Part shown: in pieces, positions 10,809 through 22,532 of the stretch | How positions within the stretch are numbered: position 1 is the first letter of the stretch | How the letters are laid out: every line of letters begins with the position of its first letter | DNA from: Azolla caroliniana | Lineage: Eukaryota; Plantae; Polypodiophyta | Length of the DNA: 64,000 bases | Assembly (NCBI GenBank): GCA_043228905.1 | Contig: JBHGNT010000002.1 | Coordinates: 9,424,001 to 9,488,000, forward strand | Reading direction: 5' to 3' | The notes under the pieces: model-generated | Database searches by the model: none | Told to the model about the DNA's origin: nothing | The model's input: only the letters and a program-made list of their open reading frames with translations | Translations under genes and position numbers: made by a program

Positions 10809-11583
10809 ATGCGTCGTCATTACTTGTTTCAATGGGTTGATGACACTGACTTGGTAGGATTGAGCGGGGAGAAAACGAAACAACCAAAAGTGGTTGAGCT
10901 ACCCAAACAAAGCGACCTGGATGAAAAGAAGATTGATGATGACATCATTAAAGAATTAGCAAAGAAGTTCGAGATGGTCATGTTAGCAAACATGAATCGT
11001 TGGGTCCCAAAAGGAAAGGAACCCTTCAGATGTGTGTGGTGTGATAGCTTGGGCCACATGAGAAGGGATTGTATGAGCCTTCGAGAGGCCGTCCGACAAA
11101 ATATCGTATACATGAATGACCACATGATCTACTCAAGTGAAACTAAACGACCCCTGCGGGTGAATTTTGGAAGCGGGGGAATGACGAAAGCTATGGAAGA
11201 TGTCGAGACGACTCATGTGGATGTGATGCACTATGTTGCATCAGCCGAAATAAGAGTCAGGCAAAACAAAAATGAAGCTGCTAGAACAGGAACAAAGTTT
11301 TGGTCTACTGTTCTCGAGTATGAGAAGAAGGGGAAAGTCACTTCGGACGAGGTAGAGCTTGCGGACCGAAGTGTGCAAAGTATAACCGAATAGTCGGATC
11401 CAGTAGATGACAATACCATACTTGTGGAAGTTATGTGCGACATCCATGAGGTGCTCGTGGATGAAAAGAGGAAAAGAATGGAGGGGCAAGACGACCCATC
11501 AAAAAGAAGTGAAACAAGGAGCATGAAACAGAAAGACGATGAGGAAGCTAGTCGAGCTTTACGGAGGGTGGAGACTCAAGCCG
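10809..11583 (+). pseudogene. Gypsy gag C-terminal fragment with zinc knuckle (outer element of the nest)
   Basis: CVWCDSLGHMRRDC; in-frame stop at 11391-11393. Confidence 0.7.
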
Positions 11584-12765
11584 TGTCAAAGTTAACATGT
11601 GGAAGCTTTGACAAACCGGTTTATCCGGATAGAAACATAAGATAGAGAATGAAGGTTTAATGGAAGCTTAAGAATATAGAATACACAGGAGAGACAGAGA
11701 GAGCAGAAAGCATAAACTCAATTCAAAATAATAACACTATGTACATAGGATGTGCTTAGTGAGCACTCTTTATACAAGTCCACAAGGGACTGATAGAAGT
11801 ACTATGTACCTCAATTCTCATACAAGCGGCTAACATGAACTACAAGGACCATGACTACCAAGTAGTCTAGAAGCGTAGACCTCTAAACGGCCTACTGGTA
11901 CACACGTGGGTCCGGCTCCCCGATCCTGATCTAACTTCTTGTTACGGATACTATCTGGACATCGATCGAGATATGATCTGGCTCTGTCTTATCCAGCCGA
12001 TCTGGATCTGGTTGAGTGTGCTTGCTCAACACTCCCCCTCAAGCTCAACCTGAAGTCGGATCGTGGTGTTAGTGCTTGGGACAGCCAGTTCTTTTATCTG
12101 GCTTCTTCTGGCGTCCTCCTGCCTCGCTCGCGCTCCTCATCTGGTCCGGTTCCTCCTTCTGTAATCCATCAAGTTCTGCACTCCTCGACCTCCTCGGTCA
12201 CCTTGTCTGCTCAACATGCCCATCTCAACTCCTTTGCTGTTGCGACTTCGGCGCTTCTCGACCTGTCGGTTCCTCCGTGTTCGTGTCAACTTCCGTTGCC
12301 TTCTTGTCTGTTTTGCCTCAAGTTGATTTAGCTCCTCCGAATCAAACTCCTCTCGCGAATCAGTTGCCTTCGATTCGTTCCAGCTCTTATCCGAATTGGT
12401 TGTCTCCAATTCCTCTTCAACCATCAAGCCCTTCACCACGTCGGACCATGTCATGTTCTTGGCCTTCTCCTTCCGGTCAGCTCTGCCCTTCTTGACTCTG
12501 CCGCCATCGCCATTTTTTCTGACTTTATCATATGTGCCAACTTCTTCAGTCGACTTGGCTCCCTTTGTCTTCTTGTCTCCACCTATCTCGGTTCCCTCTT
12601 TCTCTCCGGTTCCTTGTCCGATACCATTACCTGGCTCCATTCTCCCTCTCAAGTGCGGCACGCCGAGATGCTAGAGATTGAGCATCTCTAAGAAGTGTTG
12701 CAACTTGGCCGATCCGAGTGGCTTGGTGAAGATGTCGGCAACCTGCTAATCCGCATGAACATACC
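11584..12765 (-). mobile_element. 5'-truncated Copia: RNase H end, ~600-bp 3' extension, PPT and 3' LTR (11584-12031)
   Basis: Minus strand QVADIFTKPLG at ~12710-12745; PPT TTGAGGGGGAG next to TGTTGAG at 12031; LTR resembles solo LTR 30982-31384. Confidence 0.8.
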
Positions 12766-13000
12766 AAAGTTTAATGGGGAAGTGATAGTCCGAGAAGCTC
12801 TAATACCCCACACAGGAAGAAAACTCTCGGAGCGAAACAAGTACAAATTAGTCAGGATGGGGCATCTACGTTGTCATAAAGATTGTGGTTGTGTGTCGCA
12901 ACCGTTGAGGTTCTGTGACTCAGGGATGATCGAGATGACAAGGCGTAATCGCAGACTATGCGATGACAAGAAGCCGAGAAAGAAAGAAAAGATGTGACGT

Positions 13001-13428
13001 TGTCACGAAAAGAATTTTATTTGTAAAACACCACTTACAATATTTATTTGCCAAAAGTTACTTGGTAGCACTTGAACTCACAACCTCTATTTGAGAAGAA
13101 GCGTTTTAGATAGTCCACTTTAACCTCTTTGTTTTCTCTATTAATTTACTTTCTCTTTATATATACCAAATTTATCTTACAAAATTTGCTTCCAATTCAA
13201 CCGTTTGAGATACACCACTTCAACTTCTTCCTTTCCATGCTTTCCTTTTCTTTTCTTTAACTTTGGTCTTTGTTTATGTAGGCCACCATCTTTTTGGGCA
13301 AGCTTCTTCACTCGCTTTTTTCTTCCTCTTCTCTCTTCTTCTTCTCCCTTCTTTCCCTCCTCTTTAGCCACTATGGGGATGGCTTTTATAGGGGGGTCAA
13401 CCGCCTCATGCAGACGGTTTATTTTTAT

Positions 13429-13460
<32 letters not shown>

Positions 13461-13705
13461 TTGATAAATTCTATAAATTCGATTTTGTAATTGTACATTT
13501 GAGAAATTACAAAATTTCCTCTTATTTAATTTCGAATCCCCCTTTTGACATAATTACATTTGTATCCCGAGTAGCATTAATCCTTCTAAAGATTGTATCT
13601 TGGGCTTTTGAACTCCAATTCACGAACCAAAAATTCCTACATTCTCCTTGTCATAAGATCTAGATGGGAAATGTACTTATATAGACTTTTAACATTGTTT
13701 TGACA
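13001..13705. mobile_element. Probable solo LTR (TGTCA..TGACA)
   Basis: Inverted TGTCA termini; flanks ACGT/TCGT (4-bp TSD with one mismatch); carries the same tRNA-like module as the LTRs at 17744 and 21419. Confidence 0.55.
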
Positions 13706-14318
13706 TCGTGAAGTGTTATCTTCACAACAACATACATGGCCGTAACCGGAGAAATGAAGAAACAACTCGGGAAGATGCAAGATGAGTGACATTCGGCATC
13801 AATCATAAAAGAAGACGAAAAAATCATGGGAGTAGTCAAAGAAGTGTTCTATGGTATTAATCCTTGGGCCGGACAACAGTCTAACACAGGGTGTCCACTC
13901 AAGACACTTCACCAAAGGGTGGTACGACAGAATGACTTACGGCACAACGCTTAATTAAACCTTAATTGGTTACTTCGCAATCCGTAATTAACACGCGTAA
14001 GATATAACAATGAATACAGAACGGTAATCAAAACTGGAATATTAAGACAATACGCTCTATTAATTATCCGCTCCTGATTACATTGTAACCGGGCCTTTAT
14101 ATAGGTCTCCGGTGCGAAATACAAAACGGTGCCAACCGGCACCTTTTCGGGATCGGTTTGGATCCGGATCGGCATACCGATTCTGGTCCATCCGTCCACA
14201 TCTTCTGATATATTACTATATATTTTAAGACTACTAATTACAACAGTTCCCGAATAAACTATTCCTTTTCACACTCTAGTTTGGACCTCCTTAAGCCTTC
14301 TTGCCCGTCGGTAACACA

Positions 14319-14357
14319 TGGCACGCCCGTGGGACAGTACCTTGTACGTCGAACCCA
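14319..14357 (+). promoter_or_regulatory. tRNA-Arg-type PBS with extended T-arm complementarity
   Basis: TGGCACGCCCGTGGGAC starts 2 nt after the LTR and resembles the Tat-type tRNA-Arg PBS TGGCACGCCCGGTGGGAC minus one base; TCGAACCCA at 14349-14357. Confidence 0.75.
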
Positions 14358-14370
14358 TTATCTAGCCCTT

Positions 14371-17138
14371 TTACGCTTCATCCAAAATGTCCAGAATGCT
14401 TTGCTCCAAAATTTCCAATGGCTCGTCAAGAATCTGTTGTTGCTGTTGTTCCGTTTGTGGCTGTGGCTGCTTCGTTTGTGCCTTCTTCGTTTGGGGTTGT
14501 GGCTCCGTTTGTTGCTCTGGCACCGGCGTTTCCTGCATTGGTTCCTCTGTCGGAGTTGTCTCTAGCTGACTGACCCCGGCTTGGTCCCCGTCTGGTCCTA
14601 GTACCAGCGACGGTTCCTCATCACTAAGGTTGACTGTTGCCGCCTTCCTCGCTTTTTCTTCCCGAAGTCGGCACCGCTCATAGCTTTCAAACTGGATTTG
14701 AGCCTCCAGCCGATCGTCGTCCAGTTGAGCTACGAGCTGCCAGACCTGTACCAATTGTTCATCCGCCAGGGCTATGAAATCTTCAGCCAGCTCATCCCTT
14801 ATGGCGGTGAAGTCCTCCGATGTCAGTGTATAATAGTCATCACCCTCCTTCGGCCGGTTTTCCACGTCCGCCCTGAGCAATTGGAGTTCCGCCGTATTCT
14901 ACGCCCATTTCGCCCACCAACGCACAGAGCTATCATCAATCAAGCTTTTGGTCTTAGTGAGCCATGACCGGAGGATGCACTGGATCCGTTCGGCTCCCAT
15001 CTGTGATTTTTTTTCTGCGGCTTGTTGCTCCTCTTTCAATTGCTTGATGATTCGGACCGTGTCCGCCTCCTGCTCCCTATAATGCGACAATTGATTTTGA
15101 TAGGTTGTTTGCAACCTCTATAATACCATTGTCGCTCTTTCCTTGTCTTCATGGTTCTGTTTGTGGAGCTCCATCCGGTCATTCGCCGCTTCCTCCAATA
15201 GCTTGGAACTCTCAACTCATTCTTCGGCGAGTGCCGTTGTGGCCCTATCAACTTCTTGCCGGAGCTCGGCCATCTGTTCCTGTTGTTGCTTATACTCCGT
15301 CTCCAGCTGCTTGTAGTCCCGATGCAGATGATCAAAATCATCAGTCTTCTGCTTCAGCCTCTGGTTGATCTGCCGGTGTGCGCAGTCCTCCCGGTCCTTC
15401 TGTTGACGGAGCTCTTCCTTCAGCCTCTCGATTTCCGTCTCCGCCATCCGTCGCAGCTTGTCTTTTTCCTACAGCAATTTCTCTTTTTCCTCCTTCAGCC
15501 GGTCGTAAGCATGATGTCCTTTACGCAGGTTTTCCTCTGCCCGGCGAAGGTTCTCAGCAGTCTTTTTTAATTCTTCTTCGGCCGACTTCTTCAAGTCGCA
15601 TTCGCGGCTCCGTAATGCTTCTTGTGCGGCAAGTTCATCTCGTAATTCCACAAGTTCTTCGGCTTGCGCCGCATCTTTCTCCGGGACAGTTTGTGTCTCC
15701 GGGGTCTTATTCCTCTGTACATCAACCTGAGTCACCGGTGCTTGGATCTGCGTTGCTGTTAAGGCCATTTTGGCCATGTCTCCTGTGATCCGATCCAAGT
15801 CTTGTTCGAGGCACCGGATCCTTGACCGGGTCGTCTCCAGTTCATCGGTTGTGATGATCAACCGTTCCGTTTGCGCTCTTTCTTCCACCTCTATGCATTC
15901 GACTACTCCGGCAATTTGTTCTCCTATCCACCGGAGCCATTGGCTGCCGGTGCATTATTGTTGCGCTTGCACGGAGAGTTGGCTGATGGGTTCACTCGCC
16001 GGTGGCTGGTCCCACCTTCTTGCGTCGAGTTGTGCTTCCGGTGACCACTTTGCCGTTCTGGCTCTGAGTGTGTTTCGGCTAGCCGCCCCTTGTCTGCTTG
16101 TTCTTGGCCGGTTGGGACGGTTGGTCTTTGTATATCCGGCTCTTGAGTTACAGAGCTTGCCGGTGCTGCCTGTTGTGCCGGGACTTCTGTGACCGTTTCC
16201 CGTACCTCCCTTGGCGTGGGATGCTCAGCGTGAGTTGCGGGCGTTCCATCCTTCTGTGGGTCCGAACGCTTCCCGGCTGATTCAACGGTGCTCTTCACCG
16301 GCCGCCGCTGGAGGTGCTCCGTGGGTTCTTCCTCCATTTCTTCCGCCTGAGCCCCGACATTCATTCTTGCTGCTAGGGTGTCCGTTTCCTGTTGCACCGG
16401 TCGGTGGAGTGGGCTCTTCAGGGGTCAGGCCGGTGTCTCCTCACTTGCATCCGTCGGCCGCTTCCGGCTGGCGCGCTCTTTTGCCGCCTTCTCTGCGTCG
16501 GCCGTCTTCCCTTTAGTGGCCTTGGAGGCCAATAGTTGTTGCGGTTTCGAAGCAGGTTTTGGGGTGCCGTCTGTTGCTCTTCCCCGCTTCTTGGTTTGGA
16601 CGGGCTCAACCAGTGGCGCCAACAGGGTGAGCCATTGTGTCACCGCATGCCATATTTTCCAGCCTTCCTTGCCGTCCTTTCCTCTTACTATATCAATGGT
16701 CGTACACAACCCATCGGCGATCAGCACTGGCCAATCTACCTTGACCCCTTCGTACGTTGTGATGATCAAGCCTGCTCGGTTCTGAGGCATGACGGGGGGT
16801 TGAGGGTACACGTGGCCGAACTCATGGAGCACACGGGCAATTTCGCGGAATAGCATATCTTCGCCGCCCTGTGTCCTGTAGCCCTTGCTAGCTAGAGAGT
16901 AGTCACCGAAATATTTGATGAGTTGCTCGGAGGTAGGATTGTCGATCGTGTAGATGCCTCCCTCCGGAAGGCCTATTAACGCACGGATCGCCTCCTCCGT
17001 GATCACCTTTGTGTCGATTTCTTTGATGATCTTTTCGGCCTCCTTGTGTGGCCCCGCCTCCATGATCGTTAAGAAACCCTCCAGTCCGTGTTGTCGTAGC
17101 CATTTCTTGGCGGCTTCAGACAGTGTTTGGCAGTCCAT
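14371..17138 (-). pseudogene. Disrupted ~900-aa accessory ORF: plant-transposon/PMD-like N-terminal domain, low-complexity linker, long coiled coil, acidic Q/P/E tail
   Basis: Collinear ORF pieces 17390-16425 and 16397-15924 in one frame; 15888-15469, 15447-15217, 15114-14899 and 14880-14371 in a second frame. Motifs ITEEAIRALIGLPEGG and GVKVDWPVLIADGL resemble retrotransposon extra-ORF domains. Confidence 0.7.
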
Positions 17139-17743
17139 CTCTGTGTCGCGGTCGGAGAGCGTTGGCGAGGTTTGGTGGTGGGGAGAGTGTGAGAGAGAAA
17201 GTTCTGAGGGAGGGGGTTCTCTGTGTGCGAGCTCTCTGCGATTAATCTTCACGCGTCTGTCTGCGTCTGTTCTCCTTGGTTCGCGATAGGAGAAGGTCTC
17301 GATGCGTGGGGGTTTTTCTCTCTGCATCTTGGCGCCTTTTTCGATCCTCCGCGTGCGCAGGTCATGTACTATAATAGCATTGTGTGCCATGTGGCGGTGG
17401 TTTCATGTCCTATTCATAGCCCCTCGTACCTTTTTTACGTGCCTCTTTACTCCTCGTTTGCATGGCCGTTTCCACCACTCCTTTCCATGATTTATTTGAT
17501 TCACTCCTTTATTTTATTTATTTATTTATTTATTTATATTTTTTTGTTTTGTAAAGTAAATCGTGTGCTTAATTTTTCTCCGGTCCTGTCGCCAAAAACT
17601 GTGTTAATCCTAGGGCCGGACAACAGCCTAACACAGGGTGTCCACTCAAGACATTTCACCAAAGGGTGGTACGGCAGAATGACTTACGGCACAACGCTTA
17701 ATTAAACCTTAATTGGTTACTTAGCAATTCGTAATTAACACGT

Positions 17744-20700
17744 TGTCAGGGTAGTTGTGGTTTGTGCGGCGAAGTCGCAGGGACTAAGGTTAAGGGGGAG
17801 TTGAAGGAACTTTTAAAAGGCTTTGCACACAAATGTTAGGAAGATTAAGGATAAGAAGAATAAGAGTTTAAAGTAATGTATGAGAGAGAGACGAGCATAG
17901 ATAAAAGATAGAGAGAATGTATGATTTAAGAAGGAAGAGTATAAGATATGAACATGATTTATATTAAGAGAACAAGTTTTTACCAACATTACAATGCTTT
18001 ATAACAAGATGAACCCTTTCTCTACCAAATCTTGATTTGAACCCTTGACTCGAACTTGGAAACACGAGCCTCTTCACCAACAGGCTAACTTGTTTATTTC
18101 ATTAACTATGTTCTAACTTTCTCTTGATTGATTCCATTACCCTGTTTTCCCTTTCCCCTGTTTATATAAGTGTTGTCATGCATATGGTAATGTATGGGAG
18201 CATGGCATGCATGTAATGCATGAGTTACATGTAATGCATGATCGCCATTTGGCGCACATGCATTGCATGTGATGAATGATGGGTATGTATGAAAATAGAT
18301 ATGGGATAAGTATAATGATGAAAATGTATTCTAAAATAATTAACCTAGCTTAGTGGTGTATGCTTGGTGCTTGGTATACAAGGTTGAGGGTTCAAGTTCC
18401 TCAATTTTACTTAATACAATATATAGCTTCATTCTTATATCATGAAGCACATTTATTACACACTTTTACAAATAAATAGCCTAGCCTAGTGGTATGTACA
18501 TTGTACATCGTATATAAGGATGTGGGTTCAAGTCTCTCAAATATTATTAAATACAACATTTAAGCTCATTTTTATATCATGAAGCACATTCTTCACGACA
18601 CCCACCCCCTCTGAACTTGCACATTGGTTGTGCAAAGTTCATCCAACACTTCTTCTGATTCTTTTAATTCTTCTACTTCTTCATAAAATTCAGGCTCTAA
18701 TGACTCCCTCCTTTTAAATATTTTAATCCTTTTTCCTGCAATTGGGATACGAATTTCTGTCCCATCTAATTCATTGAGGAAATATGTGGCTTTATCTGTC
18801 ATTTTCCAAACTTCATAAGGTCCAAACCATCTTTTTGAAAACTTCCGAATAGTACTGTATTGATTATCTAGGCTATTATCATATACTAATACCCAATCTC
18901 CCTCTTGCACCTTTCTTGGTCGTATTCTTTTCATCTTGTCAAATCTGTCCTTATTCTTGATTCTTGCCTCTTTCAATCTAGTAGCTGCTTTTTCTATGTC
19001 TTCTATCCTGGATTGAAGTTGTCGTATTCGAACCGCAAGTAAATCTTCCCTACTCATTTCCGATTCCCAAGGCAACACAGCCCATGTAGTTATCTTTTCT
19101 TCAATTGGCATTATTGGCTTCTGTCCTGTGATTAATTCTGCAGGCATATATCCAATAACAGTGTTGTGAGTTGTCCTATCAGCCCATAGTGCATAGGGTA
19201 AGGTTTTTGGCCAATCACTGACCCGTCCTCTACATGCCTTTGCCAAAGCTTTGACTATTGGCCCATGTCCCCTTTCTACCTTTCCATTAGCTTCTGGATT
19301 GTACGTCGTTGTCAAAGAAAGCCGAATTCCTATTTTGTCGAAAAAATCTTGAGCTTCCGTAGAATTTAGTTCTCCCCTATCTGCCACTATCTTCCCGATA
19401 CATCCATATCTACAAACAATGCCCTCCAAGATAAATTGACATACTCCTAATGTCCCTTTTCTTCGGAATGAATGGCCTTCCACTTGATTTGTTAGATCTT
19501 CTCTAGCAAGAACCAAGTATCTCTTTTGTCCTACTCCAAGTGGCATTGATACCAAATCTATCATCCACTTGTAATGCACCCCCGGTGAGTATGTTGGGTG
19601 TAATTCATCACAAAATTTTACGTTTGAATAATATTGATAAGTGGGACAAGTTTCCGCATACTTTTTTATTTCCTCATAGTATCGAGGCCACCAAAATCAT
19701 TCTTTAATCTTACTGAAAGTGGCCCACACTCCTCGATGACCAGCCCATTCTTTGTCATGCAACTCTCTGATAATCTCCTTTCTTTGCCCTTCAGAACCTA
19801 TTACTCTTTGCGGGTTTCCAGTCTTGGTTTTCGGATGTCGCCATAGATATCCTTCATGCATGAAGAACTTATGGGCTTTCTTGCGAAACTATGTGAACTC
19901 TTTTCCAGATCGACCTTTGTACTTGTCAGGGGTTTGTAGGTATTTACCTATTTCCTTGAATTCTTCTTCATACTCCTCTTCTAGAAACTGCATTCCTCCT
20001 TCCCGGGTAATGCTTGTGGTAAGGACTGTTTGTTCTTTGTCCTCATCGTTCGAGTCTGGAATCTCCTCTTCCTCATACCTTGCTCTTGATAACATATCTG
20101 CTACTACATTTCTATTCCCAGAGATATGTCGAACTTCAGGGTTGACTGATCTAATATAGATACACCATCTTAACATGGCTTGATCTGGAATATCACAATT
20201 AGCTATGATACCAAGAATAGGCAAACAATCTGTTTCTACTATTACTTCAGCACCAATTAAGTAATCTCTGTTTGTCTTTACTACTGTTACTATCCCCCAT
20301 AGCTCTCTTTTCACCTGTGCATATTTTCTTTGTCGATCACTAAAAACCTTTGCTCCGAATCGGACTGGATACCTTTCTTCCCCATCTTGTTGGCTTATCA
20401 CCCATCCAATTCCAATGGGACTAGAGTCTACTGTGAGATATATGGGTCGGGTGTAGCCAGGTTGCTTTAATGGTGGAGCTTGTGCTAAGTAGTACTTCAA
20501 TTTCTTCATTGCCTCTGAATGCTCTTCACTCCATTCAAATATCTCTCCTTTTCTTAGGAGTCTATATAAAGGTTCAGATAAATGGGCATAATGCGGAATG
20601 CATTTACAGTAAAAAACACATACCCCCAGAAACCTTCGTACTTCTGAGACGGATGTACATTCCTCTTGCATATTTTGAATTGCATTAACCTTGGTTGGGG

Positions 20701-21563
20701 ATGGCTTTCTCCCGTATGGGCCACACATATGGCCAACTATTAATATCTCTTTTGCCCCAAATATTGACTTCACCCCTGATAAGGTCAAATGCACTTCTTC
20801 CATCCTTGATAGCACCTTCTCACAATCCTTGATATGATCAGCAACAAATTGATGGCAACCACTTTCGTCCAATTCCTCGTTCTTCTCTTCCTCCTTGCAT
20901 CCCTTAATTGGAACATCATCTAGAAAAGGCATTGTAATATGAGGAATAAAATAACGAAGTACCTTGTTCATTCCATTCATCATATGCGCCACTGAGTTGG
21001 TCGCTCCTTGCGGCAAGGTGCACATCCGTACTAACCCTATTGGTGTCTTGATAGAAGTTATATCTCGACTTTTGATAGCAAGTTGAAATTGATCATACCC
21101 AGAATAAAGGTCTCCCATTGAATATATAGCTCTTCCTACAAACATCGCAACAAACTCATCCACAATTGGCCCTACTCCCGAGTTTCGGATTGTTACCTTA
21201 TTCATGGGTTGCATATCTTGGATAAATCGGAGTCGCCCATCTTTCTTTAACACAGTGAACCATCGACTCGAGTAAGGAGCGTTCGATGGTTTCAAGATAC
21301 CCATCCTTATCTTTTCTTTCAAAAGTTCTAATAGTTGAGGGATTCTAGCCCTAGGCATGGGTATTGGCTTAAAGTTCCATGGAATATGGTTGTTGGTGAA
21401 AAAAAAAAAAAACAAATGTGTCGGGGTAGTTGTGGTTCGTGCGGCGAAGTCGCAGGGACTAAGGTTAAGGGGAGTTAAAGAAACTTAACTTTTAATAAGG
21501 CTTGTATGGTGATGATAGAATGGTTAAGGATAGTAAGACGAAGAGTTACGAGTAATGTGTGTA

Positions 21564-21596
<33 letters not shown>

Positions 21597-22203
21597 CGAG
21601 CATAGATAAAAGATAGAGACAATGTATGATTCAAGAAAGAAGATTGAGACAAAATATGATTCAAAGAACAAGAGTATATGATATAAACATGATGTATATT
21701 AAAAATATAATATTTTACCAACTTTACAATACTGACCCTTGATTTGAACCCACGACTTCCACTTTGAAACGTGAGGCTCTTCACTGAATAAGATATCTTC
21801 AATACTTGCTTAAATTCTTTTCTCCCACTATCTCTTGATTGATTGATTGCCCTCTTTTCCCTTGATTCATCCCTTAATTCCTTACCTCTCTTTATAGGTT
21901 CTCTCATGCATATGATGATATGGGGGTGCATGGCATGCATGTAATGCATGTGATGCATGATCGCCATTTGGCGCACATGCTTTACATGTGATGCATGATA
22001 GCCATCATGCTCATCTAAGCTCTAATGTATGAAGATACACATGTCATAAGTATGGTGATAAAAGTATAACTATAGAAAATAACTTATCCTAATGGTATAT
22101 GCTTCGTCCTTGGTGTGTGAGGTTACGGGTTCATGTCTCTCAAATGTTACTTAATACAATATTCAAGTTTATTTTTATATCGTGAAGCAAATCCTTCACG
22201 ACA
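17744..22203 (-). mobile_element. Internally deleted non-chromoviral Gypsy element nested in an LTR
   Basis: LTRs 17744-18599 and 21419-22203; PPT AGAGGGGGTGGG on minus at 18600-18611; 4-bp TSD ACGT/ACGC; PBS, gag and PR missing at the poly-A junction 21399-21412. Confidence 0.88.
18593..21400 (-). pseudogene. pol: Gypsy pol RT-RH-IN (Phygy/fungal-like type), disrupted
   Basis: GDLYSGYDQ, LPQGATNSVAH, PFLDD, VDSSPIGIGW, IVADRGEL, WFGPY. Confidence 0.9.
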
Positions 22204-22532
22204 ACGCGTAAGATATAACAATGAATACAGAACGGTAATCAAAATTGGAAGATTAAGACAATAAGCTCTATTAATTATCCACTCCTGATTACATTGTAAC
22301 TGGGCCTTTATATAGGTCTCCGGTGCGAAATACAAAACGGTGCCAACCGGCACCTTTTCGGGATCGGTCCAGATCCGGATCGGCATACCGATTCCGGTCC
22401 GTCCGTCCACATCTTCTCATATATTACTATATATTTTAAGACTACTAATTACAACAGTTCCCGAATAAACTATTCCTTTTCACACTTTGGTTTGGACCTC
22501 CTTAAGCCTTCTTGCCCACCGGTAACATATGG

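Larger units (their letters stand above)
13855..22527. mobile_element. Non-autonomous LTR element without gag/pol, carrying one accessory-type ORF and PBS-like sites at both internal ends
   Basis: Direct ~460-bp LTRs at 13855-14316 and 17602-22527 (second split by the 17744-22203 insertion); perfect TSD TATGG at 13850-13854 and 22528-22532. Confidence 0.92.

Noticed and set aside
14281-17700. Numerous plus-strand ORFs opposite the accessory ORF
   Set aside because: Shadow frames of GC-rich, repetitive minus-strand coding sequence; Leu/Ser/Phe/Cys-rich with no motifs.
18346-18545. Functional tRNA genes
   Set aside because: A/B boxes and a T-arm are present, but there is no convincing acceptor or anticodon stem; reported as tRNA-like modules only.
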